From Rozella allomycis CSF55 (Eukaryota): 56,998 bases of DNA. The DNA lies in contig KE561209.1 in assembly GCA_000442015.1 (NCBI GenBank), positions 555,607 to 612,604 on the forward strand, given 5' to 3'. This document shows positions 12,317-24,974 of this stretch, piece after piece; positions within the stretch are counted from its first letter, which is position 1, and the number at the start of each line of letters is the position of its first letter. A model generated the notes under the pieces. It was given only the letters and a program-made list of their open reading frames with translations, ran no database searches and was not told the origin of the DNA. The position numbers and the translations under genes were made by a program.

Positions 12317-15202
12317 ATGATTGATGTACATATGCTTTCGAGTCTTCGACTTTATCAGGTTGGTCTAAGCCCTATCGGCTACCGCATTTTATCCTTTAAT
12401 GAAGAGACAAATATTTCATTGGAAAGCTTTAAAACAAGATTGCAATACCCAAATAAGTTACATGCATGTAGAAGGACCATATTTTTACGTTTGTTCAAAG
12501 ACTGGCGAATTGCAAATATTCCAGTCGACTCAAAATCCCGAGAATCCCGACAATGGTAATTAGTTATCAAATATAATCAAAGAAAGCTTAATTTTGATTG
12601 AAACACGAAATGCATTTTGCAGAAAATGGATCAAACAATTATCCGTCCTGAAAGATTTGCGCGTGATCGTTTGTTTGAGCGATGGTATTGTGCAATTGTT
12701 TGATATGGACAGTTACAACCTGATAACCAATGTAACAATAACTAAAACTGCGCAGAGATTTGATATCTATACGAGCATAGAGTTGGTTAATTCGCTGCCT
12801 GTTTTGATATCCCGATTGTGTATTTCGTCAAAGCATCATTTGTATTTCTACGAATGGCGAGATGATAGTTTTGTGTTTGTCAAAGTAATAAAGTTTGGTG
12901 GATTGTAAAGGAATATTTTCCAAGAGAGAAAATCAAGTGTATTAAATGGTGTCCCAATGGAAAGATATGTGTTGCAGCTGGAAGGGAATATTTTCTGTAT
13001 AATCCAATGAATGAGGATAGAAAGAATATTTGTTTGATTGGAAAGAAACCGAATATTATATTGATATCGAATAATGATTTGCTGGTTTTTGGAGATAATG
13101 AAGCGACTTGTGTCAATTTTGAATTGGATACTTTTAGAAATTCGAATCTTGGTTTGCAATCACCTCCTGATAAAGTAATTGAGATGAAGGGGTTTATAAA
13201 GGTTGAATATATTTTTCCGTACATTGCGGTTTCATACGCTGGTTTCATTAATATAATAAACATTGAAACGCTTCAAAATGTACAGAGAATAGATACCATT
13301 GGAGACATAAATTTTACAATTTACAAGGATATTTTTTATGCATATTCTGAGAAAGATATTTATTCATTTAAAACAAAGCCAATTTTGTCTCAAATAGATG
13401 AACTTGTTGAATTGGAATTATTTGAAGAAGCAATCTCAATGCTTGAGAATTATGAAAAGATTCCAAAGGAAAATAAAGTACAATAAAAGATATAAATTGA
13501 ATAGGATGAAAAACTTCAATTTATAAGAACTAAATTTGGTTTCTATCTCTTTTCAAAAGAAAGATACGAGGAAGCAATTCATGAATTCACATTGGGTGAA
13601 TCGTCAGTTGATCAAGTTTTTTCATTGTATCCCCAATNAAGTTCTTTTATTGTATCCCCAATTGAATGATTTAGAAATAAACGAAATTAATAAAACGTCT
13701 TTTGAACCATTAATACCATATTTGACTCAAATCAGAACTCAATTACGAAGAAAGGCTAATGAATGTAAAAGAAATAAAATTAAAGATGAAACTCTGCAAA
13801 CTAGACAATTAATTGATACAAGTCTTTTAAAATTATATTTTCTGGTTAATGAATCAATGATTGGGCCCCTTGTTAGAATTGCCAATGATTGTCTGATAGA
13901 AGAGACTGAAAAACTTTTCAAAAAGTATAAAAAGTTTGATGAATTGGTTTTGTTTTATAAAGAAAAGAAGATGCATCAAAAATCAATAGATTTGTTACAA
14001 GAATTGTCAATTAGTGATTCATCATATTTAAAATCATTGACGAGCTATTTAACATCATTTGATATAAATGAAACTGATCTGTTACTTCCTTCAATTGAAT
14101 TTTTACTTCAAAGAGGCCACGAGGATGCTTTTAAAGTGCTCTTGCAACACAGCGCTTCAGTCGACACGCAAAGAAAGATACAAGACTTTCTATCGTCAAA
14201 ATTCAAAGATAAATGTCTGAAATATTTGAATTATTTAATTACTTCTGGTTCACAAGTTAAATTCATCCANTCTGGTTCACAAGATAAATTCATCCACAAT
14301 TCTTACGCACTCAGCTTAATGGATTTACTTAAACAAATGTACAAAAATGGCACTGATTCAAGCAAAGTCGACGAATCAAGAAATCAATTCAAACTCTTCT
14401 TGACAAGCTCAAAATATTATGAACCAGAAAAAGTAATTTCATTCATACCATCCAATCGTACATTTATTTAATTATTCAAATTTTAGATTTCTTTGAAGAG
14501 AAAAGTATTTTATTAGGGAAAATGGGTGAATATGAAAGGGCTTTAAAGATTCTTGCCTTTGACTGTAAATCATTTGACAGCTGTACAAAGTAATTACTTC
14601 ATTTCAAAATATATTAGATTTTGCTCTGAATATTACACAAAAGATAACCAATTGTTCTTAACTCTGTACAATTTATACCTTGAGAACCAATTGCAGTCAA
14701 ATGCATTCAAAGTACTTGAAAAATTTGGGGCGTATTTGGATCCTCTGAAAGTTATCGAAAAGCTACCAGATGATTCCAGTTTAAGTTTATTTTCATCCTT
14801 TTTCACATCAGTCTTTACTAAATCTAAAAAGGATAACTTGATCATTTTGAAAAATGTTGCTGAATCTAATTTGCTTCAGGTAATTACACAATTCATTAAT
14901 AACAGACTAAATACAATCATTTATTAGCTCAACGATGCAAATTTCATGTATTGGAGGAAACAAATTGCATTCTATGTCATCGCAGGATTGGAACAAGGTA
15001 AATTTTAATATAAGTATCAAAATAGTATTTGCACGTTCATTCCCAAATCTAATGTGACGGTTCATTATTCATGTATTCAATCAGCNAATTGGAACAAGGT
15101 AAATTTAAATGTAAGTATGAAAATAGTATTTGCACATTCATTCCCAAATCTAATGTGACGGTTCATTATTCATGTATTCAATCAGCAGAGCTACGGAAGT
15201 AA
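12317..15202 (+). CDS. VPS39: HOPS subunit VPS39/VAM6 (CNH domain, Vps39 repeats, C-terminal zinc finger)
   Basis: IDTSLLKLY...GPLVRIANDC...LVLFYKEKKMHQKSIDLL; C-terminal CxxC...VHYSC; three N-joined allelic duplications inside. Confidence 0.88.
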
Positions 15203-15644
15203 ACATTCACTAGTATTTAACTAAACTGATGACATTAATTATATGATATGAAAATAAACTATAATGGTTAATATGTATTTTAATCTTAATTCAGTTGTAA
15301 TGGTTAATTAATTTCCATGTAATCATTTTGTGGATGTGGCTTAATGGGATCTAATTGTAGTAATTGCAACAATCATAATAAAAAACTGGAAATCGAGCGC
15401 TGGAAAAGAATTAAACAAATTTTAATATTCTCCATACATTCATATAACCTGTGACATATGAATTAATCTGGCAATTCAAAGTAAAAAGAGTCATATGTCC
15501 GCAATTGCATATGTTTTCCAAACTAGACATTAAAATGACATATTTATTCATTCTATTAATCCAAATGACTGAATAAACACTCGTTTAAAAAATTCGCCAT
15601 TTCTTATTTAATCGAAATTGGTGATACGCCACCCTTGTACAAAG

Positions 15645-16053
15645 ATGTCTTGGCAAGCTTACGTTGATTCACAACTCTTGGCCACCAAAAAAGTTACAAA
15701 AGCAGCAATCCATGGACACGACGGGAATGTCTGGGCCACTAGTGCCGGTTTTTCTGTCAATAACACTGAAATGGCAACTCTTATTGCCGCTTTCAAGGAT
15801 CCATCGGGTATTCGCGCGAACGGCTTGCGCATCGGCAGTGTAAAGGTATATATTGACTATTGCAATCATTTAGTATATAGCACTCAGAGCAGATGATCGC
15901 AGTATTTACGGGAAAAGTGGAAGCTCCGGTGTTGTTTGTGTCAAGACTAAGCAGACTATTCTCATTGGAACTTATGATGATCCTATCCAGCCTGGTGAAG
16001 CTACTAAAGTTGTGGAAAATCTTGCAGATTTTCTGATCAACAGTGCCTATTAA
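15645..16053 (+). CDS. PFY1: Profilin
   Basis: [12 protein letters not shown]...[12 protein letters not shown]; intron 15846-15873; ADDRSIYGK...[10 protein letters not shown]. Confidence 0.97.
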
Positions 16054-16125
16054 AAATAAAATTCGTTTTATAATTCTACTCCTACGTATGCTATAATGCT
16101 ACTATGCAGTTACTAAAAAGTGTCA

Positions 16126-17441
16126 ATGCGATGGTCTAGAATATTTAAAATTTTGCCACATTCCTATCAAGGCATGACAATTTTTCTGATATTTTTTCTT
16201 GGTTTTTGCAAAGCTTTTAAACTAGGCGAGGCTTTTCTTACTCCTTTTTTGCTTAGATATCTCAGCAAGAGCCAAGTATTAAAACTAAAAGAGTTTAACA
16301 AAGATCGACAATGAAGTGTACATCATATGGCCTATAACCTACGCTATAGGTCTTTTATGTTTCCCTTTCTTTAGAGCAAAACTGCCAGAGAAATTTTTTA
16401 TAATTCTAGAGGTGTTTCTCGAAGCTGTCACTTATGCCATTCTAAGTTTTTTCTCAACTTTGCCGGCAATGATGTCGACGCAAGTTACATACGGGATAGC
16501 ATCAGCAGTAGCCGTTAGTTATTCGTCTATCGTTTATAGACTAGTCAATAAAGACGATTATCAAAAGGTGGTAACTTTAATCATGTGATTTAGAATAGAC
16601 AAGTTACTTAAAGGCTACCACATTGTTTGGACATGTTATTGCATCGCTGTCGGGTCAATTAATGTATGATAACAAGGTGGATTTGTCAATTTTGTTTTAC
16701 TCTACATTTGTGATTCTTTGCTTTTCATTTGCACTCTCACTTTTTATTTCATACCCCAAATCAGAACAAGTAGAAAAAACACAACTTACTTCGAGTGTTT
16801 TCCAATCTTTGGTAATTTTATGTGTGTTACATTATAGACTCTATTTAAAGATCCTCGAGTATTTTCACTTTGCAGTGGATGGATACTAATATACTCAATG
16901 CTTTCGTTTTTCGAATCCTATTCTTCTTCACTGTGGGTGGAATTCGCGAAAGCCAGATTGCAAAGCGGTTATATGGATGCCATCGCCCGTGTTTCCTCAA
17001 CCCTCGGTGCCCTAGTCCCGGTCATTATACCAAGAAACAATACAAGCATGCTCCTAGTCCAACTATTTGCATTAATATGCTTGTGTATACCGATGTATTT
17101 GTTTCGAATCTCTACATGCTATTTTTTGATACTTTTTATTTCTTATTCCCTGACTTCTCAATTTAACGCAATGATTGCAGAAGAAATAGATGACATTGCT
17201 ATAGAAAAAGTCTCAAGTCTCTTTGCCATGAATTGCTTGCTTTCCACTGCACTGATCAATTTGGTCACACTTTTGTTTTCGTACATTGATCTGAAAATTT
17301 TGCTTCGATATTTTGTTACAGGAATAGTAATTTAAATTAAATTTTTAAATCAAGGTCCTATCATCCTCTGCGTTTCTATTTGTTGGAGTGGTGTGCATTC
17401 ATGACAAGGCTTTGAGATACAGGACAAGCACTTTTAATTAA
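16126..17441 (+). CDS. SLC19 / reduced folate-thiamine carrier family MFS transporter
   Basis: GFCKAFKLGEAFLTPFL, EVYIIWPITY, QVTYGIASAVAVSYSSIVY...DDYQK match SLC19 motifs (EPFLTPYL, EIYPVWTYSY, YGxAxAxEIAYxSYIY). Confidence 0.8.
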
Positions 17442-17458
17442 ATTTGAAAAATAAAAAT

Positions 17459-18196
17459 TTATTTTGCTTTTCTTTTATTCGATCTATTGAAACCCAATTC
17501 TAGTTCATAATCGTTGCTTCCGTATTGGGCGGGCGCTTCTTTTGCCTTGATTTTATACTTTTCAGCTCCTAGTTTGGTAACAGGTGCTGTTTCTGTATCC
17601 GTTTCTTTCGTTTTATTATTTACAGCCATTTTGGAATCTTCTACCAATGATGTCTAATTACCATTAGAATGCAAATTTACCAAAGCATCTTTTTCATCAT
17701 TCAAAACTTGTAGTGATTGTTCCGCTTCGGGATTTCCTGGATCTATTTTCAAAGCATTTTCATAATCTTTGATAGCTTGAGTATACAATCCTTGCTTAAC
17801 AAGAGCATTTCCACGTGCAATATATGCTTCAACACACGCAGCATCCATTTCAAGAGCAGATATATATAATTCAACGGCATGTTCCATATTTCCATTATTA
17901 AATTCAACGTTCCCCTCTTTCACACTAATAAATATCAATAGTAAAAGTTACAGGTCTTTAGCGTATAATTTGTTTTGCTGTTCTCGCAGTTCTTCATAAT
18001 CAAAATCTAGTAGACTTTCATCATCAGGAACATTTGAAACGTATTCTATTCTATCAATATTAAAATATTTCCGCACTCGCTCTAGTTCAGTTTCTATAGC
18101 CATAGGATCTCTCTTTTCTTTTCGAAGCTGGCTTCTCGGAGTTAAATCGAAACGACACCTTTCAAAATATTTTCGAACTTCTGAAGGAATGTGCAT
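17459..18196 (-). CDS. TTC14: TTC14-like TPR protein
   Basis: YEELREQQNKLYA..VKEGNVEFNNGNMEHAVELYISALEMDAACVEAYIARG resembles the TTC14 TPR region. Confidence 0.65.
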
Positions 18197-18230
18197 TTGA
18201 AGAATTTTGTAAATTTCGGAATAGCCAAAA

Positions 18231-19797
18231 ATGGATTCAATGGATATTAGATTGAATTTTATGATACTGTTGGATGAGTTTGTAGAGTCCAAGAAGAAAC
18301 CCGAGGATGTTGTTTCGTATGCTTGCCAATACGAGCAGTTTGCGTCTGATTTTGTGGAGAGTTTGTATGACAAGTTATTTGTAAGATATTTGCGATGATA
18401 GAATAGGGTGAAAATGATGTTGAAGTTGCTGAAAAGTTTTTAAATTTGATTGATATGCTGATAAGAAAATCAAAGAAGAGAGTGTTTTCGAAGAGAATAT
18501 TGAAGGATGAAGTTTTGATGAAAAAGTCTGTGGAGAAATTTTTGACGTTTAGTGGGGGAGTAAAGATTATNCATTTAGTGGGGGAGTGAAGATTATTAAA
18601 AAGGTAAATAAAATGTGATGAAGGTAGTAGATGCTTCAACATTGGAGGAGAAAAGATGTGTTGACTAATGATCAAATTGTATATTTTGAAGCAAAGTTTC
18701 CATCCTTAAAGCCGATTAACCCTGTTATGGATGGTCGAACAAGTCATTCTGATGCAATGAAGATGATTGAGAAGGATAGAGAACAAGTATGGAGATGGTT
18801 TTGAAATAGTGGTAGCATAAAAGAGCAAGACAGCAATGGTTTTCATATGACAATGAGATTGATTTATTTGAGGAAGTGTGGGAGAGTCCACCAAAAGAAA
18901 TTTATCTTCCAAAGAAAACAACTAAACGAGTTTATATCTTTGATTTGGATGAAACGTTAATTTTGTATCGATCGTTTCTGTCTGGCGAGGCTGCAAGAAA
19001 ATTTAAAGGCGACATAAAGTACTTTAAGAAATTGGGGCAGGATATGGAATATTTAATATCTCGTGTTTCTGAGCGTTATTTATTTGGAAAACAATTGGAA
19101 GTTGATTATGATCAAACAAATGTTCGAGATTTAGAGATTTACGATGATAAAAGAAATTTGGCGTAATTTAATTAATGTTAAGATAAAAGTTATTATAAAT
19201 TTGATTCTGATGACTTGTCTATGAGAAAAAACCCACAATTGGAATATTTGAATACATTTACGTTGGAAAGAGCGCTTAGATGGAGAGAAATTTCATTTCA
19301 ATTTAGAAAAAAAGATTTTCTTAGAAGTAAGATTGTTTCAATTATAAAGAAAGATCGTTTGAATAGTGACGAATTGAAATTGTGGGAGGAAACATTCCAT
19401 GAGATCAACGCATGCAGTAGGGGATGGATGGATAGAGTTTTTCACATGTTAGATTACAGAAGCTCTGGGTAATATTTTTAGTTTCAGTTAAATAGTCCCC
19501 ATGAAGTAGTTCTTGTTTCATCTTGTTCATTGACTTCAACGTTGGCTAAATTGTTGTTGTTTCATTTAAAGCGCTATTTTCTTGTAGAGAACATTTACAG
19601 TGCAAACAAACATAAAAGAGAAGAATGCTTTAAAAGAATTCAAAATAGATTTGGTCTTGGCTATGAATACATTGTTGTTGCTGATGGAGATCAAGAGAAA
19701 GATTTAGCTTATGAAGTAATTTATAAAACAATTCTAAATTTAGTTTAATTTTAGTTTTATTCGAATTGAATACCCAGAAGACTTTAAGAAAGTCTAA
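18231..19797 (+). CDS. Ctk3-like (CID + CTK3_C) domain fused to an Eyes-absent HAD phosphatase domain
   Basis: Introns 18381-406, 18604-630, 18787-815, 19163-189, 19469-495, 19716-743; MDSMDIRLNFMILL..., IEKDREQHKRARQQW..FEEVWES, then RVYIFDLDETLIL...LAKLLLF...ENIYSA...CFKRIQNRFG...VVADGDQE. Confidence 0.85.
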
Positions 19798-20626
19798 AAC
19801 ATTCTTCCAATCAAAAAGGCAACTATAAAAACTATAATAAATCCAATAATTTGTGCTCTTGATGAATTATTTTGTTTAGAAACAACTTGTTTACTTTGAC
19901 CAGACGAAGAAACTGCTGGCGCTTGTTGGAATTGAGTTATTTTACGACGATACTCTTCTACAGTTGATTCTAAAAGTTTAATCTTGTTTTGAGCCTTTAT
20001 TAAGCGATATAAATTATTTTACTGCTTCCAAAGTAAGACCAGTATCTTTGGAAAGAGAGCTTATTTTAGTCTCAATAGGTGATGGACTTTGGACCAATGT
20101 ACTTTCTACCTCCTTTTCACTCTTTTCAATGTCCTTTTTTGCTTCCCTGGATATTTCATAAACACAACGAAGCTTCTTTTCAAAAATATCATTCTTTCTA
20201 GTCTTTTCTACGTTGCTCCACTACAATCTTGATCAATTCTATTCACTTACAGCATCCTGAAACGTTTCAAATTCAGATTCTGATGCCAAAAGAGCGACAG
20301 ATTGAACAAGAAACTTGTCTTTGCATTTAAAATCGGGTGACGGCTCTTCTTTCAAGGGTTGCATTACCACTAATATATGCACAATACAATCCATACCTTG
20401 AATTGAAATGGATCCATTTTCAGGAATAGTTCCAGTGTTGGGGCGCACGGAATATTGTTTTGGAGCAGTTGTTTTCAATTTAAATAAAACCTGCTGTCTT
20501 GTCAAATTGGTAATAGTGATTTGTGAGGTGCATGTTGTTGTAAATGGGCCTGGATAGCAAACACCCTACTTTGTTACCATTAAATGTCAGTTCAGCTGGT
20601 GAAACTTCAACTACGTTGTCCATCAT
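19794..20626 (-). CDS. SCS2: VAP/Scs2 (MSP domain + coiled coil + TM)
   Basis: FKLKTTAPKQYSVRPN, CKDKFLVQS; C-terminal TM IIGFIIVFIVAFLIGRMF. Confidence 0.95.
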
Positions 20627-20670
20627 TGAAATACCAAAATTTCTGAATTTTCAAAATAACCCTTGCATTT

Positions 20671-22073
20671 ATGAAAATCAACGAAGACAAAGTAAAGAAC
20701 TTTTTGTTAACAGAACTACAACCAATGTAATTTAAATGAATTAAATTTACCTAGTACTGAGGCTGATCCTGAAGTACTTGCTGACTATGTGATTGCACTT
20801 CTTAAAGCAGACCAGGACGAGCATTCGTTGAAAGACAACTGTATACAGTCTCTGGAAGACTTTTTAAGGAATGGTAAATTTATATTTTTAATTTGTTTCA
20901 GAAACTGTTGGGTTTGTTAAAAAGTTGTTTGATTTCTTAAATGGGAATGGCGAGGAAAAGAGAAAGGAAAGGGAAGACGATAGAAAAAGTAGAGAAAGAG
21001 AAGTTAGAAATAAAAAGAAGATTTGTAGAGATTATGCAGGTACCGTGGATGATTTATGCAGAGTAGAAAATGGATATTGTGTTAGAGGAAAGGATTGCTA
21101 TTTCCTACATGAAGATTCAAAATCTGGAACTGAAGAAAATTCATACCCCAAAAATAGTTTAATTGTTGATAAAATTCCAATTGAATTTTGCAGCGTGGAA
21201 AAGATTCAAGAATATTTCAATAAATTTGGAAAAGTTTTGAACGTCACAGTTGATGAAAAGCAAAGAAAAGCGACCGTTGAAATGGAATCTTTTGATGCGG
21301 CTACAAGAGCGTATCAAAGTTCTGAAGCTGTTTTTAATAATAGATTCGTCAAGGTTTATTGGCCAAATAAAAGATCAGCTAGCAAGCGAACATTTCAAAA
21401 AGATGAAGGGTTTGTTCCACAAAAGAAACGCCCAGTTCAACCTCCTGCAGCAGCTGCAAGCCCATTGGCGTCATATGCAGAGTTTCAAAAACACAAAGAA
21501 CTTTTATTACAGAAACAAATAAATCAAAAAAAGGAAATTTTAGAAAAGTTAGAAAATCCTTCTTTAAGTGACAAAGAAAAAGAATTCTTGATGCAAACAT
21601 TAAAGGCAATTGATACTGTTTTGTCTCCATCATCTGAAAAATCTTCTGAAGAAAATAAAACAGAAAAAGTATTTTTATTAATTTCTATTTATCCAAGACA
21701 AATTCTCATCCTTATTCAAGTAGAGGAAGAGGCAGAGGTCGAGGAAGAGGGACAGTTCAGATCCAAAGAAATAAACTACGTTTGGACAACAGACCGAAAA
21801 CCCTTTCAGTTTCGGGAGTCCAAGATTCATTTGAAATAATTAAAAATGTTCTTTCTGTAATTTTAAATCTTTTCTTTAAGATTTAGACTTCTGGAACAAT
21901 CACCTCTGCTGAATCAAAAGATGGCAGTTATTTATTCACTTTTGCTGAACGATATATGCTAGAAAATGTAATCGCGTGTCTTTGAAATCATTTAGGCTTG
22001 GTCTAATATTAAACGAATCGAAAGATACAAAAATGCAACACTCAACGTCGTTTCAAACGATGAAAAATTGTAA
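20671..22073 (+). CDS. RBM26: RBM26/27 (PWI, CCCH, RRM)
   Basis: EADPEVLADYVIALLK; CRDY..GYCVRGKDCYFLH; EAVFNNRFVKVYW. Confidence 0.9.
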
Positions 22074-22143
22074 AATAAAAATAATTTAACAATGCACCCT
22101 CAAAAAGATTAATTTATTGTCATCATTTTTTATACACTTAAAG

Positions 22144-22566
22144 TTAATCATTGTACAGCCATTCTTTCAACTTTTCCATCTTCTTTTGTTTCTTTTGCTT
22201 CTTCAACGACTCTATCTGCTTTTTACTCAGTTTAGGAGCGAAATTTGGTTTTCCATGTGCACATTGTTCAGCATAACTGGCATAGTCAAAATATACATTC
22301 ATTTGTCGAAACGCTCTATCATCTGCTCCGTATCCTTTTCCTGTTTTTTGTGATACTATAGGTTTATCATACTTTGCACTATTTATTGTCTGTTCAATAG
22401 CTGTCATAGGTCCTACAATAGGTCCTTCTGGTTCTGCAGGCGGTGGTGGTAGTTCATTCTTCTCATTCAAGGATGTTTTAAGGGCTTTTGTTTTAACTGG
22501 TTTAACAGTCTCAACTCGTTTTCTAAGAGCCTCCAAGCGGGAATATGACGATTTTGCACTAGACAT
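22144..22566 (-). CDS. Small conserved protein resembling the C-terminal domain of fungal WW-domain proteins
   Basis: RAFRQMNVYFD...KLSKKQIESLKKQKKQKKMEKLKEWL. Confidence 0.6.
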   Translation of the reverse strand: MSSAKSSYSRLEALRKRVETVKPVKTKALKTSLNEKNELPPPPAEPEGPIVGPMTAIEQTINSAKYDKPIVSQKTGKGYGADDRAFRQMNVYFDYASYAEQCAHGKPNFAPKLSKKQIESLKKQKKQKKMEKLKEWLYND

Positions 22567-22599
22567 GCGCAAGCCACAAAATCTAAAAACAAACAAAAT

Positions 22600-22990
22600 T
22601 CAACTTAATTTATTTTGGATATCCTGATTTTATTGCACTCTTTTTGCTTACTTTGAATAGTTCTGCTTTGGCTGCCATCTCTTGGTTTGACGATATCAAA
22701 TCGGTCATCGTATTCCATGAATACCATTCAGGGTTCTTTCCCTCATCCAAAATTCTAGTTGATAATACATATAAAATTTACTTTAGTAATTCCATGGGAA
22801 TTGTAGAATTATCACCTTGCGATACTTGATGCAACTTTTTCAATTTTTCTACAAATAATTCTCTGTTATTATACAATAGAAATAGTTACAATCCTTCTTC
22901 TAATTCATCTTCTCGTCCATTTTCAAAATAAAATGTCGAAGAAAGTAGAGACTGAATACTTTGAACAACTTCTTCAATGTCTTTCTTCAT
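22600..22990 (-). CDS. MED10: Mediator subunit 10 (Nut2)
   Basis: Spliced IPMELLK.ILDEGKNPEWYS...NQEMAAKAELFK matches the MED10 motif VPxEVxxYIDxGRNP. Confidence 0.8.
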
Positions 22991-23051
22991 CTAAAATTTC
23001 GTAAAGTTTTGGTAAATATTTATTTTACTAAATGTCAGTAAATTAAGATAA

Positions 23052-24246
23052 TGAAAAAAATAGGACAATCTTAATAAACCGCCAACCTATAGAAATGCTT
23101 CTATGCCATCAATGGCTCCACCGCGTCCATTATCTAAACCTCCATCAAAAGCGGAGTCAAAGGAAAGGTACCTTGATGAAATTTATAGTATCAAAGACTA
23201 AGATCCCAGAGCGCAGTTAATGTTTCAAATAATGATCATCGCGGATCATTGCAACATGCTGGAAAAGAAAATTACAGACATTCTCCCGAGAAAGAAATTA
23301 AAGAACCTACGGAAGTAAAAGATCTTGAAAACAAACGCCATTCAAATGTGAAGAATAAATTACAAGGTGTTAAGTTTCTCATATGCTANAGTTTCTCATA
23401 GGCTAAATTATAGTGCAAACAAATGTATCAAATCAAAATGACATACAATTCAAACCCAGTGAGACAATAAGAAACAAATTAATGTATATTCATTCTCCTT
23501 ACAATGGTAAGTCATCCTCTAATCTTTCATAGATGAAACTGTAATCGAAGTTCAAGATGAGCAGTTGAAGTCCTTAAAACACAAGACCACCCAATCTTCG
23601 GATGATGAATTGAAAGCATATCCCGAAACTAGGAAATCGTATGTCCAAAGGGGCCATGTGTTGAGACTAGAAAATCCTGCCAATTCTGATAAAACTATAA
23701 CCGAAAATATTTTTCCTTTTGATGCAAAGAAAATCAATGCTGATTTGATATGCTATATCTTGCTTTCGTTCTTAACTGGTATTCATGATNTTGAAAATAT
23801 TTTTCCTTTTGATACAAAGAAAATCAAATCTGATTTGATATGCTATATCTTGCTTTCGTTCTTAACTGGTATTCATGATCAATTGTATAAATACTAGGCC
23901 TGTCAGTATATGACTTGCTACGGTATAACGAGTCAATATCAGCAAAAACTACATTTATGGTCTTCAAAGTTAAATATTTTGCATATTTAGCATTCTTAGT
24001 ACTATCATCTCAGAAAAGGTATACAATTTTTGTAAGATATTTGCCGATCATCATCATATTCTCTTCATACATATGCCTCCTAATCGTAAATATAAGAGAT
24101 GATTTCGATCAGTAATGCTTCATAAATAGAAAGAAAAGATCGGTCAGTAGCATAATTGGCAATGAATACGACCCCCATATAATTCTGGCAGAAAACATCA
24201 TGTGCTGTTTTGCTTTACTATCATATATTCTATGTAATTTGAAATA
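23052..24246 (+). CDS. Hypothetical multi-TM protein with a disordered N-terminus (weakly TMEM237-like); boundaries approximate
   Basis: Pro/Lys-rich N-terminus; spliced ILLSFLTGLSVYDLL..KYFAYLAFLVLSSQKRY. Confidence 0.4.
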
Positions 24247-24282
24247 AATCAATCACGTATTATTTAAGCTTTATAACTTTCA

Positions 24283-24708
24283 ATGTTTACAAGAAAGGAA
24301 TTTAATCAATGTGCAATTGAAGCATCAAATTTATGCAAATATCCATCTCATATCATTGAAAGTCATTATAGCATCTGCTTGAAAATCTTCCTTACCACCC
24401 AAGGTGACCATGATATTATTCTATATATTGTTTACGATCCTTCGTTTCAGTTACCCAACGTACTTTTTACAATGTCTGATAATCTTAAATACAAATGCGA
24501 TTTGTTGGACTTTTGGAGAAACAACTTCACATGTACTGTTATACCAACTGACATAGATGGTATCCCACCCTTCGTCTATAATGTACACAATTGCATGGTT
24601 GCACAAAGAATGAACTTACTAGAGGCAAAAATGATGCAAAATTCAACTTCATCTTCATTCGAAAAGTTTAAGATGTGGTTATCAGTCTTACGACTAGGTA
24701 TTCTTTAG
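24283..24708 (+). CDS. ATG10: Autophagy E2-like enzyme ATG10
   Basis: MFTRKEF, IVYDPSFQLPNVLF, YNVHNC (family HPC), KMWLSVL. Confidence 0.75.
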   Translation: MFTRKEFNQCAIEASNLCKYPSHIIESHYSICLKIFLTTQGDHDIILYIVYDPSFQLPNVLFTMSDNLKYKCDLLDFWRNNFTCTVIPTDIDGIPPFVYNVHNCMVAQRMNLLEAKMMQNSTSSSFEKFKMWLSVLRLGIL

Positions 24709-24775
24709 TATAGAGAAAAGATCATTTGAAATTAAAAAGTTTATTTAGCCACTATGATTGCAAGCATTAAGTTAT

Positions 24776-24961
24776 TTAATAGTAATAGTAGTATCCGTGC
24801 TTGTTATGTCCGCGGTTTCCGTGGCCGTGATGTCTTCTTCCATGTCCATGATGTCCATTATTCTTGTGTCCATTTCTGTGGCCATGTCCATGATTCTTGT
24901 TTCCATATCCATATCCATAATCTTCATCGTAACTTCTCTTTCCAAAGCGGAGTGGATGACC
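24776..24961 (-). other. Allelic or paralogous copy of the 3' end of the His/Gly-rich protein gene
   Basis: Near-identical to about 24975-25160 with SNPs; separated by a single N at 24962. Confidence 0.8.
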
Positions 24962-24974
24962 NGATTTAAGTTAT

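Noticed and set aside
14987-15186. Tandem duplication of the last VPS39 exons; similar duplicates at 13638, 14270, 18571, 23389, 23790, 54076 and 55499
   Set aside because: Each is centred on a single N with near-identical flanks, indicating unmerged contig overlaps or alleles rather than real duplications
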